The notes under the pieces were generated by a model. The model worked only from the letters and a program-made list of their open reading frames with translations, searched no databases and was not told the DNA's origin. Of a DNA stretch of 64,000 nt, positions 39,479-52,929 are shown piece by piece. The stretch's first letter is position 1. Each line of letters starts with the position of its first letter. Made by a program: the position numbers and the translations under genes. This DNA is from Lytechinus pictus. Lineage: Eukaryota. The stretch lies in NCBI RefSeq assembly GCF_037042905.1, contig NC_087246.1:3412001-3476000 (forward strand), given 5' to 3'.

Positions 39479-39539
39479 GAATGCAATGTCCGTCCACATC
39501 CTACCGATTAGAGCAGTTGTATGCAGCTCATGTAGGCAT
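39479..39539 (-). pseudogene. THAP-domain gene remnant, exon 1, right arm
   Basis: Mirror of 14929-14989 with the same TGA and TAG stops. Confidence 0.7.
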
Positions 39540-40460
39540 GAATAACGTGAAATCTAAGCTAATAAGTTCACCAACATGCCAATCTGAGCTGTGAAAAAGT
39601 GTGATCGTCCCGGAGCGCGGCGAAAACAGCTTGAGCAAGGTGCAGCCAATCAGCGACCTTCTTATGTCCCCTTCGAGACAGAGGAGACGAAATGATTTTA
39701 TGTCGAAAAGACTCAAAACACAAAATCATTTCGTCGACGAAATTTTTTTGTCTTTTGACACAAAATCATTTCGTCGACGAAATTTTTTTGTGTTTTGACA
39801 CAAAATCATTTCGTCGACGAAATTTTTTTGTGTTTTGACACAAAATCATTTCGTCAACGAAATTTTTTTGTGGTTTTGACACAAAATGATTTCGTCGACG
39901 GAATAGATTTTCGCATCGCAACGAAATAAATTTTGTGGACGCAATTACATTTAGTCTCGACGAAAATTGATTTTGTGTGACAAAAAATAATTTCGTATAC
40001 GAAATAAAACTGCGTCATGACGAAATGATTTTCATATGAACAAAAACACATTTTGTGTACGGAATTGCGTGAATTGGACGGAATTTACCATCGGACATTT
40101 GGTGCGCCATTTCGTTTGATAAAAATTCATTTCGTATGGCACGCCAAATAAACTTTGTGGACGCAATTACATTTCGTCTAGACGAAATTGATTTCGTGCA
40201 TTTCGTCGAGACGAAATTGATTTTGTGTGACAAAAAATAAATTTTGTGTACGAAATAAAAAAGCGTCATGACGAAATGATTTTCGTCTGAATAAAAACAC
40301 ATTTTGTGTACGGAATGCCGTGATTTGGACGGAATTCACTGGCGGACACTTGGCGCCCCATACCCCCCCCCCCCCCCCATTGCAAAAAGAAAAAAAGAGA
40401 GAGGGGAAAGAGAGGAAGTTTTATGAAGGCATATTCCTTGGTTCATGGAAATATTGGATG

Positions 40461-41165
40461 ATTATACCCCAGCCAAACGAAGTTTTGAAGGGGGTATACA
40501 GGAATCAGCGTACGGTCGGTCTGTCTGTTGCAAATCTTGCGTATCAAACTACTTCCTCAGTTTTTAACAAATTCTCATGAAACTTGGAACATATATTGTT
40601 GTTAGGGTGAAGATGTGCAAGACACTTTTTTCGCATGTGTCGAAAATTGTGTTGCCATGGTAACAGTTTATTTGTCAACAAGATAAAAATCTTGCAGTTC
40701 AAACAACTTCCTCAATTTTTAACCAATTATCATGAAATATGGCACAAACATATGTATTGATGTAAAGATGTGCAAGACATATTTTGTGTGTGTGTCGGGA
40801 ATCATGTTGCCATGGTAATGACATTATATGGCAAAAATTGGGTCAAAAACTTGTACTTTTAATTACTTCATCAATTTTCATGAAACTTGGCTCACATATT
40901 AATTGGTTCGAGGTACAGATATGCAAGACACATATTTTGTGTGTGTGTCGGAAATTGTGTTGCCATGCTAACAACATATATGCCCCAAATTATGTAAAAA
41001 TCTTTCGGTTTGAACTACTTGATTAGTTTTCAAACAAATGATATTTTGCTCACATAGGTCTTGGAGTAAAGATGGACAAGACATTTTTTTCCATGTGTTA
41101 GAAACTGTTGCCATGGTAACGGCGTAGGGTGGGGGTATTAATCACCTTCAGTGATAGTTTTAGTT
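40461..41165 (+). mobile_element. Helentron/DINE-1-like element with ~150-bp tandem units
   Basis: TATACCCC...GGGGTATA 5' inverted motif, short GTCG/GTCT microsatellite, repeats of GTTGCCATGGTAAC, 3' GGGGGTAT plus hairpin ATCAC-CTTCA-GTGAT and TAGTT. Confidence 0.65.
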
Positions 41166-41172
41166 TTCAATT

Positions 41173-42997
41173 GGTCTAATGCCAATTCGTCTAGTTACCA
41201 ACTCGTCTACTAGCTATTTTGGTCTACCATCAGTTTTGTCTACTATTCAGGTGGTCAAATAGCCATTTATACCGTTTGGTCTACCGTAATTGGAAGTGTT
41301 AACTGGGCGAAATGAATGAAAATATATGGTTTTTAGACCAACTGGTTATGAGACGAACTGATGATTAGACTGAAGTGATGAGTGGACCAAATGGTTGATA
41401 GACAAAATGTTGATGGACGGAATGGCATATAGACTAAGGCCGTGTTTATGCTTCCACTTTTCTGGCCAGAATCAGCGTTTCCAAACGTGATTAGTCCAAA
41501 ACACGGTTGCGTCCATGCTTACTTTCTTAAACGCTGTTTCAAAACGCCGATCGTAAACTCACAAAAAGGTGCGCCACGCGCACACATACCAACACACACA
41601 CGCCCTCCACTGCTTACCCCCAGTGATTCGCCTAACCCAGTGATTCACCTAACCCACTGATTCACTTTCGTGTGACTATCAGGGGGGGGGGGTGTATGCG
41701 TGTTCTGGGGATGTAGTGTGTTATGTGTTTGGTAGTCGCGTATCGTACCAAATAACAGCAGTCCAGGAGGTGGACTAGGTCGCATGTTGCCTCCACGTAA
41801 TTACCTCTCATCCCTTGTTTTGCATGTGTAGTATATACTATACTCGTATTACTCTTCCAATTTGTCATCACGATGAACGTTGAGGGATTTACACCGGGGA
41901 TTTACACCAAAAAAAAAACTTGGAACATGAGTTATAATGAGGAGACACCGCCAGATGCCCCAGTAGCATAAACAAATATATATTTTATTATTTTGTATAC
42001 TTAATATTCTTTATTTTTTCTTACAATTATCCTCACCATGGTGGAAATTATATTGCTATATCAAAAAGCTCCATGCAATGACTAAAAAATCGGAAATTGT
42101 TCGATGTTTATATACTAGTCGACGTACCTTCCCCAACAACACTCGGAAAAAAAAAACTTTCGAAAAAGGGCGCGCCCAATTTGACCTCGCTTTCCTGCTC
42201 AACGAAGATAATACGATGCGAAGCCAGCTGGAGATCGTGACTTCGCCTCTGAAAAGTTAAAGGAGAATGAAACTCTTGGAGCAAGTTAGCTTTTGTGAAA
42301 GCAGAAAAATCAAAGAATAAGATCAACAAAACTTTGAGTAAAATAGGACTAGCAATAAAAGAGTTATGAGCATTTGAATATTGAGATCACTAGTGCCATG
42401 TAGATCCTCCCATCGGCAATGCGACCAAGATCTGTGATGTCACACACGTACAACTCTCCCATTCGGACACTGAAAATATACCCCAAAACATCTCTTTTTG
42501 CTCATTCTAATCATATGACAAACGATTCATCAATGATATAATGTTGTGAAACCTCTGTACTTGTCATCTCATAAAGAAAACACATAACCTTGTGATAGAC
42601 TCTATAAAAGTGAGAATAAAAGTGAAATAAGTACTAAAGTAATGAGGGAGTTGTACGTGTGTGATATCACAGATCTTGGTCGCATTGCCGATGAGAGGAT
42701 CTACATGGCACTAGTGATCTCAATATTCAAATGCTCATAACTTTCTTATTATTCATTCAATCTTCCTCAAACTTTCAACAATATGTTTCTTTGATTTTTC
42801 TCTTTGATATGGATTCAGCTAGTTTCAAGGGTTTCAAAGAGCACTCCCAGAACCACGTTTACGATCGGCGATTTGAATCGACGTTTGAAAACGCTGATTC
42901 TGTCCTCGCAATGGAAGCATAAACACACACTAAATGAAGGTAGACCATAATTTATGATGAGAGGACGAGTTAGCAAAAGACTAATTGGCAATTTACC
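41173..42997. mobile_element. Three nested MITEs: outer element of the 26992-28408 type, Harbinger-like 41438-42930, Kolobok-like ~42261-42835
   Basis: Outer GGTCTAATGCCAATTCGTCT / AGACTAATTGGCAATTTACC; middle TAA|GGCCGTGTTTATGCTTCCA ... TGGAAGCATAAACACACAC|TAA; inner TTAA|AGGAGAATGAAAC with a long internal palindrome and a clipped right end. Confidence 0.7.
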
Positions 42998-44045
42998 AAA
43001 ATGTTTGGTCAGAATTGCTCATTTTCCCTGGGGTCTTGTGCTAGATTTACTTCAAGCTCAAGACCCACCAGTCTCCAGACCCCATTCGCATTACCGTCTT
43101 AAAACTAGTTTACTGGAAACTAGTTTAACGTGTAATGAGAACGGTCATAGTGGTCTTGGAAGCGAACTTCCAAACCGGAGCCGAAGACACAAATTAAAGT
43201 TCTTCAGGAAGTGATCTTCGCACATTTCGAGCGCATAGCTACCCCGCCGGCCGCACGTACACTGGCCCGTATTCTGAAGTCGGGTTTAACTTAGACTCTC
43301 TAAAACTCTAACTATAACTGCTAAGATTATGGGGGAGCCTATCCCCCGGGATTTATGCTCATGATTTATTTAGATATTATCCCCCACAATATAGTCTTGA
43401 ATCATAAAGCACCCTTATTCCCAATAATCACGATCTCATGTTTTCCGTTTTCATTGAACAAAATCTGGACTGTTAAATCCTTATTTGCTCTTTCTATTTC
43501 TTTTCTTTCCCTTTTATTTTAAAGTTTGCGTTATTGATAATTTACCTTTGTAATATATGCATATTATAAGGACTGAAGCAACTTTTTCAAGGCTCGCTCA
43601 CTCGCCGTATTTCTCAAATATTACACACCCCGTTTTGAAAGACGATTTTGGTCATTATTCTGTCTTTTAACTATTGAAAATTTGCTCGCTCGCTTCTCTC
43701 GCTCGAATATTGGAATTAAATGTAGTTCATTGTTTTATTTCACAACAAATCCATTGCAATACAGCCATCGGAAAAAAAAAACGTTATAGGCTTTTAATTG
43801 AAAGATTGGGGTCGGGACAACTCGGACCACGGGACATCTCGATTGTAGTGTTATGTACACGTATACAGGAGGGAAAAGTTTGAACTGAATTTAATACAAA
43901 GTGGAGATATGCATGATGGAGATATGACATCAGTTTGCTCATTGAGGATTATACCGGGCAACTATCCCAGGGTCGTGTTCATTTGCAGCCTATCTTCATG
44001 CTGAGTATCACATTTAGGAATTTAATGATGCATGCATGTTAATTG

Positions 44046-44196
44046 CAGGGGCCGCGGAACGGTTTTCAAAGCCGGGGGGGGGGGGGGGCTGACCATGCTA
44101 AAAATCACAATCATATGGTAATTTTTACGTTTTTGTACACGGTTTTGGAAAAAAGTGGGGGGCTGAAGCCCCCCCCCCCCGGTACCGCGGCCCCTG
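44046..44196. mobile_element. 151-bp MITE with 5-bp TSD
   Basis: AATTG|CAGGGGCCGCGG ... CCGCGGCCCCTG|AATTG. Confidence 0.75.
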
Positions 44197-46812
44197 AATT
44201 GTACATTTACATTATTTTGAAGTTCTTAAAAGAGTGCTCTAAATGCTAGGTTTCACTTTAAAAATTGTATCCCCGGTCACCATTAAAGGGGGTTGACATT
44301 AAAACCCCAATTTGCCTGCCATGTTTTATTATACCTAATTATATTATGTCTCCCCCCGAATGGTGTCAAAAAACTTCTTCAAGAGGTGTGTAATTATTAC
44401 ATCCCGGGCAATCTATACGTATATGAATATACTGTCAATGTGATATTACCATCTTTTATAGTTAAAGGCTTAATACAAAAAAATATCGATGGCTGGGTAT
44501 ATAAGGTAATGATAGTAAATATTAATATTGGAAGACGGAATGGTGCTGACCAAAATCGTCTTTCTAGGGATGTGCATTTATTGGAGAAATGTGAGCGAGT
44601 CTTGAAAAGGTTGCTTCAGTTGTTTAAAATCAAATGCATTAACAGATGATGATCAGTACCTTAAACTTTAGAAGAAAAGGAAAAGGGAATATAAAGAGCA
44701 ACTAGGGATTAAACAGTTCAGATTTTGTTCAATGAAAACCAATTTACTCACTGGTTAAAGGTGAGATGAGAATGAAAAAAAAATGGATCATGATTGTCAT
44801 AACTAAGCAGAGGCGTAATGAGCCAAAAAAAATTGAGCCGGGCCAGTTGTGGCGCATAAGGCAAAATTTTATATAAAAAAGTACCGAGTGAGCAGAGCGA
44901 ACGAGCAAATATGTTTACATTTGCATTACATAAATCCAATTTTGTGATAGATTTTGACATGACATTTAGAAAATGATATCATATTTCACCCTTTCAAATA
45001 ATTTCTTTCTTTCCTTTTCTCTTATTTTATTTTTGGTCGTGAACATATATCAATATCATTATTGTTTTTTTTTTTTGTTTTTTTTATTGTTTTTTTTTGG
45101 GGGGGGATTTGATCAATGTCACCAGTCATTGATTTTTTCAATGTCATCATCGTAAACTAAACCTAAAGTATAGGGTATGCCTATATTTTTTGTACAAATT
45201 ATCCCCCGCTTAATGCCCGCAACATCCTCTCCAGTGTAGGCCTATTGGCAAAGAATATTTTGATTGGATTTTGATTAAACCATATTGAAAAGCCACTGGT
45301 ATCATTCAGTTCATAAAACGTTTAATAATCATATTCTCGCGGATATAACCTTTGCAATAAGCTGTAGTAGTGATTTGTCACGGCCAAGATTAGATAAAGC
45401 GCGGGAGGGAGCGGAGCGACTGCGCGATAAATTTTCATTTTTAGTTAGGCAAAATTGGGCCAATTCGAGCACTTTGACTGCATGATCCACGCATTAACAG
45501 AAGTATTGATTATTTGATAATAAAAATATCATTTCTGTCTTGAAAAAAAGTGGATGCATGGGCGGCCGGGAGATGATTGCACATGCCCCCCCCCTCAGAA
45601 AAGTGGAGGGATCCTGGATATATCCCCCATCTCTAGGATTTACGCCCGCGCGTGCCTCTTTCATTTATTAAGTCCTAAGTCCTTCTCTACGTCCATGATG
45701 CACGCATGATCGAGTCTAGATTTGGAAAGTGGTGCTACCAAGTCCATTTGCACGAGCAATTACGATTTTAAGTTAGTTTTTCCAGCTTTTATTGCTATCT
45801 ATTTTGAAAACAAAGTTCATAACTTAATTATCAATTATTCTTCTTCATATATGAGACCTTCTTCTTATGGCACGCGTAAAATATGATTGACGCATCTGGT
45901 GGAGAAAAAGTTGACTATTAGGTGAAACAAGTTATGATATTCTCAAGCATTTTGAATATGCGATTTTTTTCTCGGTCGCTATGCTCACTCGCATAATATT
46001 AAAACATTATTTGGGAGGGGGGTATAGCTGCTTGGTCAGATCAGCATATAGTCTCCCAGGGGCGGATCCAGCCTTCGCCAATAGGGGGGGGGGGGGGGCC
46101 GGAATTTTTTTCAGCCATATTTTCCCCGATCGGCCGCTCGAAGATGATTTTTGGTGTCTTTGAAGGGGTAGTCCTAATAGTCACTTTTTAGCTTTATTCT
46201 TATTAATCAACATAAATATATGATATCATAATCCTTATTTATATAATGCGAGCGCGAAGTGCGAGCTAAATTTTTTAGAGATCTTGTTTATTTTTTTCCT
46301 AAAATTTTTACATTCTGGGCTATGTTTGTTATCCTGAAAAAAAGATGTGTATGCAACTAAATAATTACTACGAACCCGAAGCGCGAGCAGAAATGAACTG
46401 ATGGAAAAGGTACCTGTTAAAGACTGCATGGAGTTAGCCATGAAGAAGTTACATATTTTAGAAACCAAGTAGGGCGAGCGCGAAGCGCGAGCTGAAACTT
46501 TTTGAAATTTTTACCCAAAGAATGGAAATTCTAAGCACTTTTTGTAACTTTAACAGAATTAATAAGTATATAACTAAACAATTGATGCGAGCGCGAAGCG
46601 CGAGCAGAAAATTTCGAGATTTAGACCTATATTGTACGAGACGCTCTATTTATGTTTTGTAAATCATGAAAAGGATGAGTAATTGGGGATCTTCCTTACA
46701 TTAATAATGCGAGCGCAAGGCGCGACCAGAAAATTTTCACATGCGTTTTGAACTTATCGAAAAGGTACCTGCTATAAGCACTGCCACTAAGCCACGAAGA
46801 CCTTACATATAT

Positions 46813-49800
46813 ACTACAGAGAGCGAAGAACAATGACCGAATCAAAGCTGCCTGGTCCCTGGATGGTCGGACCTTTGCTGTAAGCAAATCAAGTGGAAGT
46901 ACCAAGAAACTCATCAGATCAAAAGGAGATATTGATCGTATCTAACTTTCTCAAGTTTGTACTCCTGGACGATTTTTAATGACTTTTGTTGTTTCACTTT
47001 TTTTAATATTTGGACTCCTGTATTTTTTATTTTTTCTCTTTTGTAATTAAACTTTTTTTTATTCTTATTTTAATGTTTTTACTGTTTGCATTTAATGTTA
47101 TGTGTAGATTGTAACCTTGTAGTAAATACAAACATAATTACATGTTCATTTTGCAGAGACTCTAACAATGGCATTCACATTCACTCATGTGACATCCATA
47201 ATACATGCCAATGTCATTTTCCTAGATGTATTCATTCTATTTTTCCTTATTTTGAGATAGATGATGATGAATTTATTAATATGCATCATTTTAATAACAA
47301 TCATCTTTATAGTAATCAAGACTTGAATAAATTGTATAATACTTTTAATGCAAATGAAGACAATGAATTTGACTTGGATATTGATTTTAACTGTAAATAT
47401 TTCTCAGATGATCAATTTGTAGATAGTTTTAAATATGTAAATAGTAGTTTTAGTATTTTACACTTCAACTCTCGTAGTTTTAGTAAAAACTTTGATGCAA
47501 TATCAGAATATTTAACCACATTAACGTTTAACTTTTCTGTATATGGATTTTCAGAAACCTGGATCAATAGTAATACGCCTCTCTTATTCAACATAGATGA
47601 TTACACATTTGTTAATTCTGACCGTTGTCAAGGGAAAGGAGGAGGAGTAGCTTTACTGATTTCTGATTCATTAAATTATGTTGTTCGGACAGATTTACTA
47701 AGTTGTTCTCAATGTTACGAATCACTTTTTATTGAAATATCATTTCAACACACTAAAAATGTTATTGTAGGTATTATTTATAGAAAACCCTCATCAAACA
47801 TAACTGAGTTTACTGAATATTTTGAGGATTGTAAAAAAAAAAAAAAATTCTGAATGTAAGCATGCATACTTAATGGGGGACTTTAACATTGATCTTATGA
47901 AATTTTCTAATTATGGTCCTGTTAATAATTTTTAAGTGTTATTTATGCCAACAGTTTCTTGCCTCTTATTAATAAACCATCTAGAATTACACGATCTTCC
48001 TTTTCCCTAATTGACAATATTTTTACCAATAATTTCAATTCCGATATTTCATCTGGTCTATTAGTAAATGATATTTCTGATCACTTTCCGGTTTTCCAAA
48101 TCTCTAAAAAAATACAATTTGATTAAACAAGATTTTATATATTCATGCCAAAACATAAATGAAAACACGATCAATCTCTTCAAAGAAAAACTTGCCATTG
48201 TTAATTGGGATGATATATTATTCTGTGAAAACACTGAAATTGTTTATAATAAATTTTTAATGAAATTCAGTAAATTATATAACAATGTCTTTCAAAAAGT
48301 TTCTAGATCCAAAGATAAGAGAAAAGCAAAGAAACCATGGATTGATTCAACACTGTTAAAACAGATGCAGAAAAGGAATAGACTATTTAAAAAATATCGT
48401 GAAAATCCTAATGAGAATTCTAAGAAAAAATATGTGAAAATACGTAATTTTGTAAATAAAGCACTAAAGAATGCTCGTAAAAGATTTTACGAACAAAAGT
48501 TTAATGAGTCTAGTGGTAATTTGAAAAAGACATGGAACATTATTAAAGAAGTACTTGGAAATAAAAAGAAAAAGCTGCCTAACTATATAAATGTTAATGG
48601 TAATAGCGTTCATGGGGATAAGAATATAGGAAACAGTTTTAATGATTTTTTTGTGAAGATTGGATTGAAGATAAATCTGTAAATTGCTTAGATAATAATG
48701 ATTATGCCAAATTCTTGCCACAGGAATATATTAAGTCTTTATTTTTTAAACCTATCACTGAGAATGAAATACTTGATATTGTTAAATAAAAAAAATGAAA
48801 AGTAGTAGAAGCTGTGGAATCGATAGTATTAGTCCCATAGTCATTAAAAAAACAATTACACTCATTTCTAAACCATTATGTCACATATTTAACTTGTCAT
48901 TATCATCCGGTATAGTTCCTTCCAAAATTTTCAAAGTGATTCCTGTTTATAAAAAAAAATGATTTACATGATATTTCTAACTATCGTCCAATTTCTTTGC
49001 TCCCCATTTTCTCAAAAATTCTTGAGAGAACTGTATATAATCGATTATATGATTTTCTATGTACCAATTCTCTCTTAAATGATAATCAATTTGGTTTTAA
49101 AATAATGTATCAACTGAAATAGCAGTTATCAATTTACATGATTATATAATTAACTCATTGAATAAGAAACGCCATGCAATTGGAATATTTTTAGATCTTA
49201 GTAAGGCTTTTGATTGCATTGATTTTACTATCTTATTACATAAGTTACAGTATTATGGAATAAGGGGTCTTCCGCTGCTCTGGTTCAAAAGTTATTTATC
49301 AAACCGATTACAATATGTTTTTTATAACAATGTTTTATCTGAACCTTTGAATGTCTTGTGTGGCGTGCCCCAGGGATCAATCCTAGGGCCGCTATTATTT
49401 CTAATATTCATAAATGACCTACCGAACTGTACAAATAAATTAAAGTTTCTACCTTTTGCGGATGATACCAACATATTAATTTCTGATGATTCAAAACAGT
49501 CTTTAAATAATGTTATAAACACTGAGCTGAAAAACATAACTGACTGGTTTCATTCTAATAAACTATCTGTAAATATGGATAAATCAAATTATATATATTT
49601 CTCTCTCAATAATACTTCACAAAATACTTTAGATTTATTACACATCAAAATGAACAGTCATATTAATAAACGTGTAACTCATTTAAAATTTTTAGGTGTC
49701 ATAATTGATGAAAAACTTTCATGGAAAAACCACATTTTAGATATCACAAACAAAATTTCAAAAAATGTTGGTATCATCCGCAAACTCAGCATCTTTTTAC

Positions 49801-50670
49801 CCCAAAAATTATTTTTACTCTGTATAATACTCTTATATTACCTTATATATCTTATTGCAATGTAGTATGGGCTAACACATATCCCACGAAGTTGAACCCA
49901 ATATATATGTTTTAAAAAAAAGATTATTCGCATATGTTCATTCTCATTTAGATTAGCCCATTCAAAATAATTATTTATCAAATTCAATATCCTTACTGTA
50001 TTTCAACTGAATTCATATCATTGTGCAATATTACTTTTTAAACATAAACACAATTTACTTCATAAATCATTATCTTCGATGCATATATTGTAAATTCATC
50101 TGTGCATGAATATAACACAAGAAATAAGAATAAATATCATTTATGGACTGTTAATAGAAATTATGTATCATTTTTATTTAGACATCATGCACCAGTCGTG
50201 TGGAATAATCTCCCCATCGCAATAAAGTTTCTCAACTCAATGTATGCTTTTAAAAGAAAATTGAAATTTTATTTAATCAATACTACTTAAATTTTGTCTT
50301 TACTTCACTGCCTGTTTTGTTTTGGGTTTGTGCGGACTTTGTACTGTATTTTATTGTGTTCTGTTTTGTTTTCATTGTATACAATTATATGCCCATTACC
50401 TATTCATAAATTTTCTTTACTTAAATATGATTTATAAATGGATTTTATTCCATTCTATATTGTATTATCAAGGGTGGTTATCCAGACAATTCCTTTTGGT
50501 TTTCTATGACCGCCCTATTCCAATATATAGATGTGTTCTTCTATATTGTATATCATATTTTAATATTATGTTTTACATTTTTTCACTGCTCAAGTTTTCA
50601 TGCAATTGTATGATATGTGTATGTTTTATTGGAATTAAATAAATGAATTAAATTGAATTGAATTGAATTT
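46813..50670 (+). mobile_element. 5'-truncated, frameshifted non-LTR retrotransposon of the CR1/L2 group (Crack/Daphne/Kiri-like)
   Basis: ORF1 tail (...IKAAWSLDGR...DIDRI* ending 46945); APE motifs HFNSRS, FSETW, GGGVAL, IYRKP, GDFNIDL, LIDNIF, ISDHFP; RT motifs NYRPISLLP.FSKILE, QFGF, FLDLSKAFD, GVPQGSILGPLLF, FADDT; 3' AATAAA plus (AATTG)n tail. Confidence 0.95.
47086..50290 (+). pseudogene. LINE ORF2 (APE endonuclease + reverse transcriptase), broken into several frames
   Basis: ORFs 47086-47853, 48068-48682, 49158-49865, 49721-49915 and 50102-50290 are consecutive fragments; several breaks fall at homopolymer runs. Confidence 0.92.
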
Positions 50671-52269
50671 CACAATAAAATAATGCGGGCGCAAAGCGCG
50701 AGCGGGAAAAAAAAAATCGAGATTTAGACCTAAAAACGGGACACTCTATTCATGTTTTGTAAATCATGAAAAGAATGAGTATAATAGGGGATCTTTCTAC
50801 ATTAATAATGCGAGCACAAAGCGCGAGCAGAAAATTGTTGATATTGTGATCTGAAACTGGATAATGATTTAAATAGAGAACAAGTTGAGTATCTGAATAA
50901 ACATGCGCGCGCGTGTTTTATATTTAGACCTAGAATATATAAATACACCTTTTATCGTGAAAATCAAAGCGAGCGCGAAGTGCGAGCTTGAACTTTTTAA
51001 TATTCCGATCTGAAAAAAGGAGTCAATTTCAGCTCTATATTTCAAGCACTTTGTAGGAAAATCGTGAGGTGGATATGGATCGCACTAATAAAGAGCTGAT
51101 ATTGTTCACTATTATTACTTTGAGTTCTGACATAGGACCGGCACATCCTTAGGACATGTCATCATATGAAAATGAAGACTGCATGTCTTCCTATTCTTCT
51201 TGCTAAGCGCAAGATGAAACAAAAGGGACAATTCAATTATTAAATTAATATCTTATTCATTAATGCCTATGAGGGTGCGAAATCTGATGATATGATGGCC
51301 TGAAAACTGGACATTTCAAGCACTTTTGTAATTAGGATGCATCAGTTCATATATTATTAACAATTAATGCTAGCGAAAATTGCGAGCTTACATTTTTTAT
51401 ACACTGTCATGAAAAAGGGATTTTAAGTAATTTGTTGTATAATCAATATTATACGTTTTGACAATCAGACCTGAAAAGGCTGGGATATTTTGAAAACTTT
51501 ATGGAATACACGAAAATAATATAGGTACCTGATAAATCGAAATTTGCGACAGCGCAGCGCGAGCAGAAAATGTTAATATTCAGACCATAAAACTGACGTT
51601 TTTACAGAGCACTTAAAAAAAAAATCAGTTTGTAAATCACACAAAATAATGAAAGTTCGATTTCCGAGATGAAATTTGTTTTGTATATTGACTTCCAAAC
51701 TTGATATTTAATGTTGAACAAGATATGTAAATCACCGAAAAGGCAATGCGAGCGCGAAGCGCGAGCGAAAATTTTATATAGTAACATGAAAGATTTTCCT
51801 CATTATTTTCCCCTCATCTTATTTTATTCACTCGTCTTCTTCCTCTTATGTTTCCCCTTTTTTCTCCTAGCCTATCTCTTCCCTTTTTCCCCTTTTTTTT
51901 CTTTCTTTCCCCCTTTTTCCCTTTTTTTTTGCTCCGCCAATAGGGGGGGGGGGGGCGGGCCCCTCGGCCCCCCTGGATCCGCCTATGGTCTCCCACGTAC
52001 ACATTATGCTGCCCAAGATAGGCCCAGCTCGAAGTGCGAGTTAGATAGGCCATTCCATATTGTATTGAATTAACCAACAAAAAATTCTACAAGAGGCGCA
52101 CAATTCCTCAAATTAATCTTTTACTCTTGAACCGCGCCTGATTAGGTGCCTGATCAGGGCCTGATTTGATTTAACCATGAATCAAATAATCGAGGATGCA
52201 AATCCGACTCCACGCCTCCCCTCCAGTCCGTCCCGCTCTGTTCAATCATGGACCCATGGCCATGCATTG

Positions 52270-52429
52270 CAGCGCTCCTATTGGACATTCACGAAATTCC
52301 GATTAAAGTTTCAGGCCAGGGTCGCAAAACTCATACATGTAATGTGAATTTGAAGTGCATGCACGCGTCAGTTGCATGATCCATGCCTCGCGCCACAACA
52401 ATGCGGCATATGCCTCGTGCAGCTCTTAG
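52270..52429 (+). promoter_or_regulatory. Probable promoter and first exon of gene 2
   Basis: Locally CpG-richer region, ATTGG at 52280, strong donor AG|GTAAGT at 52429/52430; the start site is not determinable. Confidence 0.45.
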
Positions 52430-52929
52430 GTAAGTCTTTTTTTAGACCATTTAAATACATATTTCTAGCCTGATACATGAATTTATTGAAATGTGTGAAG
52501 AAGTATATTTGATTTTCGCTTCGTTTCCCCTTTAAGTTTGGGGGAACTCCCCACTTTTTAAGAAAATTTTAGTATCGTGTGCAAAAATAAAATGGCGCAT
52601 ATCTAGCTCCATTGAACTGCGTGTAATGACTCCTTCCGCGGAATGATATTGATTCTTTTTGCTGTTAAAATTTAATCAAACCTTCTAAAATGTAAAATAA
52701 CATCTATAATTACATGATTTTTGCTGACATGAATAATTTAATTTGGATTAGACGGATTTTCACTTTTTTCTTTCGTTTTTGTTTATTAAAAAAAAAAACT
52801 ATTTTATTTGCGTAAGTACATTTTTTAAAACTACATTGTGCTTCGGCGCGCCAAGTGTTCCATTGAATCGCGTACTGTTTCAAAATATTGACTGTATATT
52901 TTCTTGTAAAAGTTAATTTGTCTTACCAG

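Larger units (their letters stand above)
14151..40362. mobile_element. Giant (26.2 kb) foldback / composite DNA-transposon-like palindrome
   Basis: Left end TATGGGGCGCCAAGTGTCCGCCAGTGAATTCC is the exact reverse complement of the right end; inverted homology can be followed from 14151 to ~26675 against 40362 to ~28925, with arm-specific indels; both flanks are C-runs on the same strand. Confidence 0.85.
46057..51987. mobile_element. Non-autonomous DNA element (hAT-like ends) with recurring GCGAGCGCGAAGCGCGAGC motifs, interrupted by a LINE
   Basis: CAGGGGCGGATCCAG / CTGGATCCGCCTATG; GTCTCC directly repeated at 46051-46056 and 51988-51993 (identity extends to GTCTCCCA). Confidence 0.75.

Noticed and set aside
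35046..40302. Recurring ORFs in the right arm, mirrored at 14-20 kb
   Set aside because: They come from non-coding repeats with variable poly-G/C runs and no recognisable domain; the exception is the piggyBac-like remnant.
14151..40362. Palindrome as a foldback-read or assembly artefact
   Set aside because: The arms differ by independent TSD-bearing insertions, deletions and variable divergence, and symmetry ends exactly at element-like termini. Long-read confirmation is still advisable.
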